Virus record (IMG/VR): IMGVR_UViG_3300025251_000061
Span: 1-27,873 of that record
Origin: a virus
Lineage: Duplodnaviria > Caudoviricetes
Direction: 5' to 3' (one strand)
Length of the DNA stretch: 27,873 nucleotides
Below are positions 27,822-27,873 of the stretch, one piece after another (positions within the stretch are counted from its first letter, which is position 1; each line of letters begins with the position of its first letter). A program made the translations under genes and the position numbers. Below the pieces are notes generated by a model. It was not told the origin of the DNA. It did no database searches and saw only the letters and a list, made by a program, of their open reading frames with translations.

Positions 27822-27872
27822 TCATAGGCGGCGGGCGAGGGATTCAGCCTTTTCGGCAAGTTCGCTCAATAG
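27822..27872 (-). CDS. 3' end of upstream gene (partial)
   Basis: The frame reads LLSELAEKAESLARRL* and stops 16 nt before the giant gene ATG. Confidence 0.55.
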   Translation of the reverse strand, partial: LLSELAEKAESLARRL

Positions 27873-27873
27873 G

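Larger units (their letters stand above)
1..27873 (-). mobile_element. Tailed virus (Caudoviricetes) head-tail morphogenesis module, probably an archaeal, magrovirus-like virus
   Basis: All credible genes lie on the minus strand with abutting or overlapping stop/start codons. The order protease-capsid-adaptor-terminator-tube-chaperone-TMP-Dit-tail tip is canonical. GGAGGTGA-type RBS motifs are present. No host genes or integrase are visible, so free virus versus provirus cannot be decided. Confidence 0.9.

Noticed and set aside
21722-27859. Calling the giant ORF an active DNA ligase, and the TTG 27859 start
   Set aside because: The catalytic Lys motif is missing. The TTG start overlaps the upstream gene end, while ATG 27805 has a plausible RBS.

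Overview
The window is one co-oriented (minus-strand), tightly packed virion-morphogenesis operon of a tailed dsDNA virus with an HK97-type capsid and a probably non-contractile tail. GGAGGTGA/GGTGA ribosome-binding sites, acidic proteins and the gene order suggest an archaeal host. It resembles viruses of Marine Group II Euryarchaeota (magrovirus-like), but that assignment is recognition from memory, not a database result. In transcription order (right to left) it carries: a ~2030-aa protein ending in a degenerate ATP-dependent DNA ligase fold, a prohead protease-scaffold, the major capsid protein, small head genes, an enlarged head-tail adaptor, a tail terminator, an enlarged tail tube, a tail assembly chaperone, the tape measure protein, a Dit-like protein, and a >2070-aa LamG-containing tail protein. 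That last gene is missing from the ORF track and runs off the left edge. Main observations: (1) six otherwise unrelated small genes, one unannotated, share the peptide M-N-P-[LMI]-[END]-x-A-W-x-[VILF]-L-K. Its end matches hydrophobic-hydrophobic-Lys sites in the capsid, protease and giant protein, suggesting a capsid cargo-targeting and protease-maturation system. (2) A clear -1 frameshift signal (C CCT TTG, 6-nt spacer, GNRA hairpin) ends the chaperone gene. (3) The ligase domain lacks its catalytic lysine. (4) The giant tail gene appears to start at ATA.
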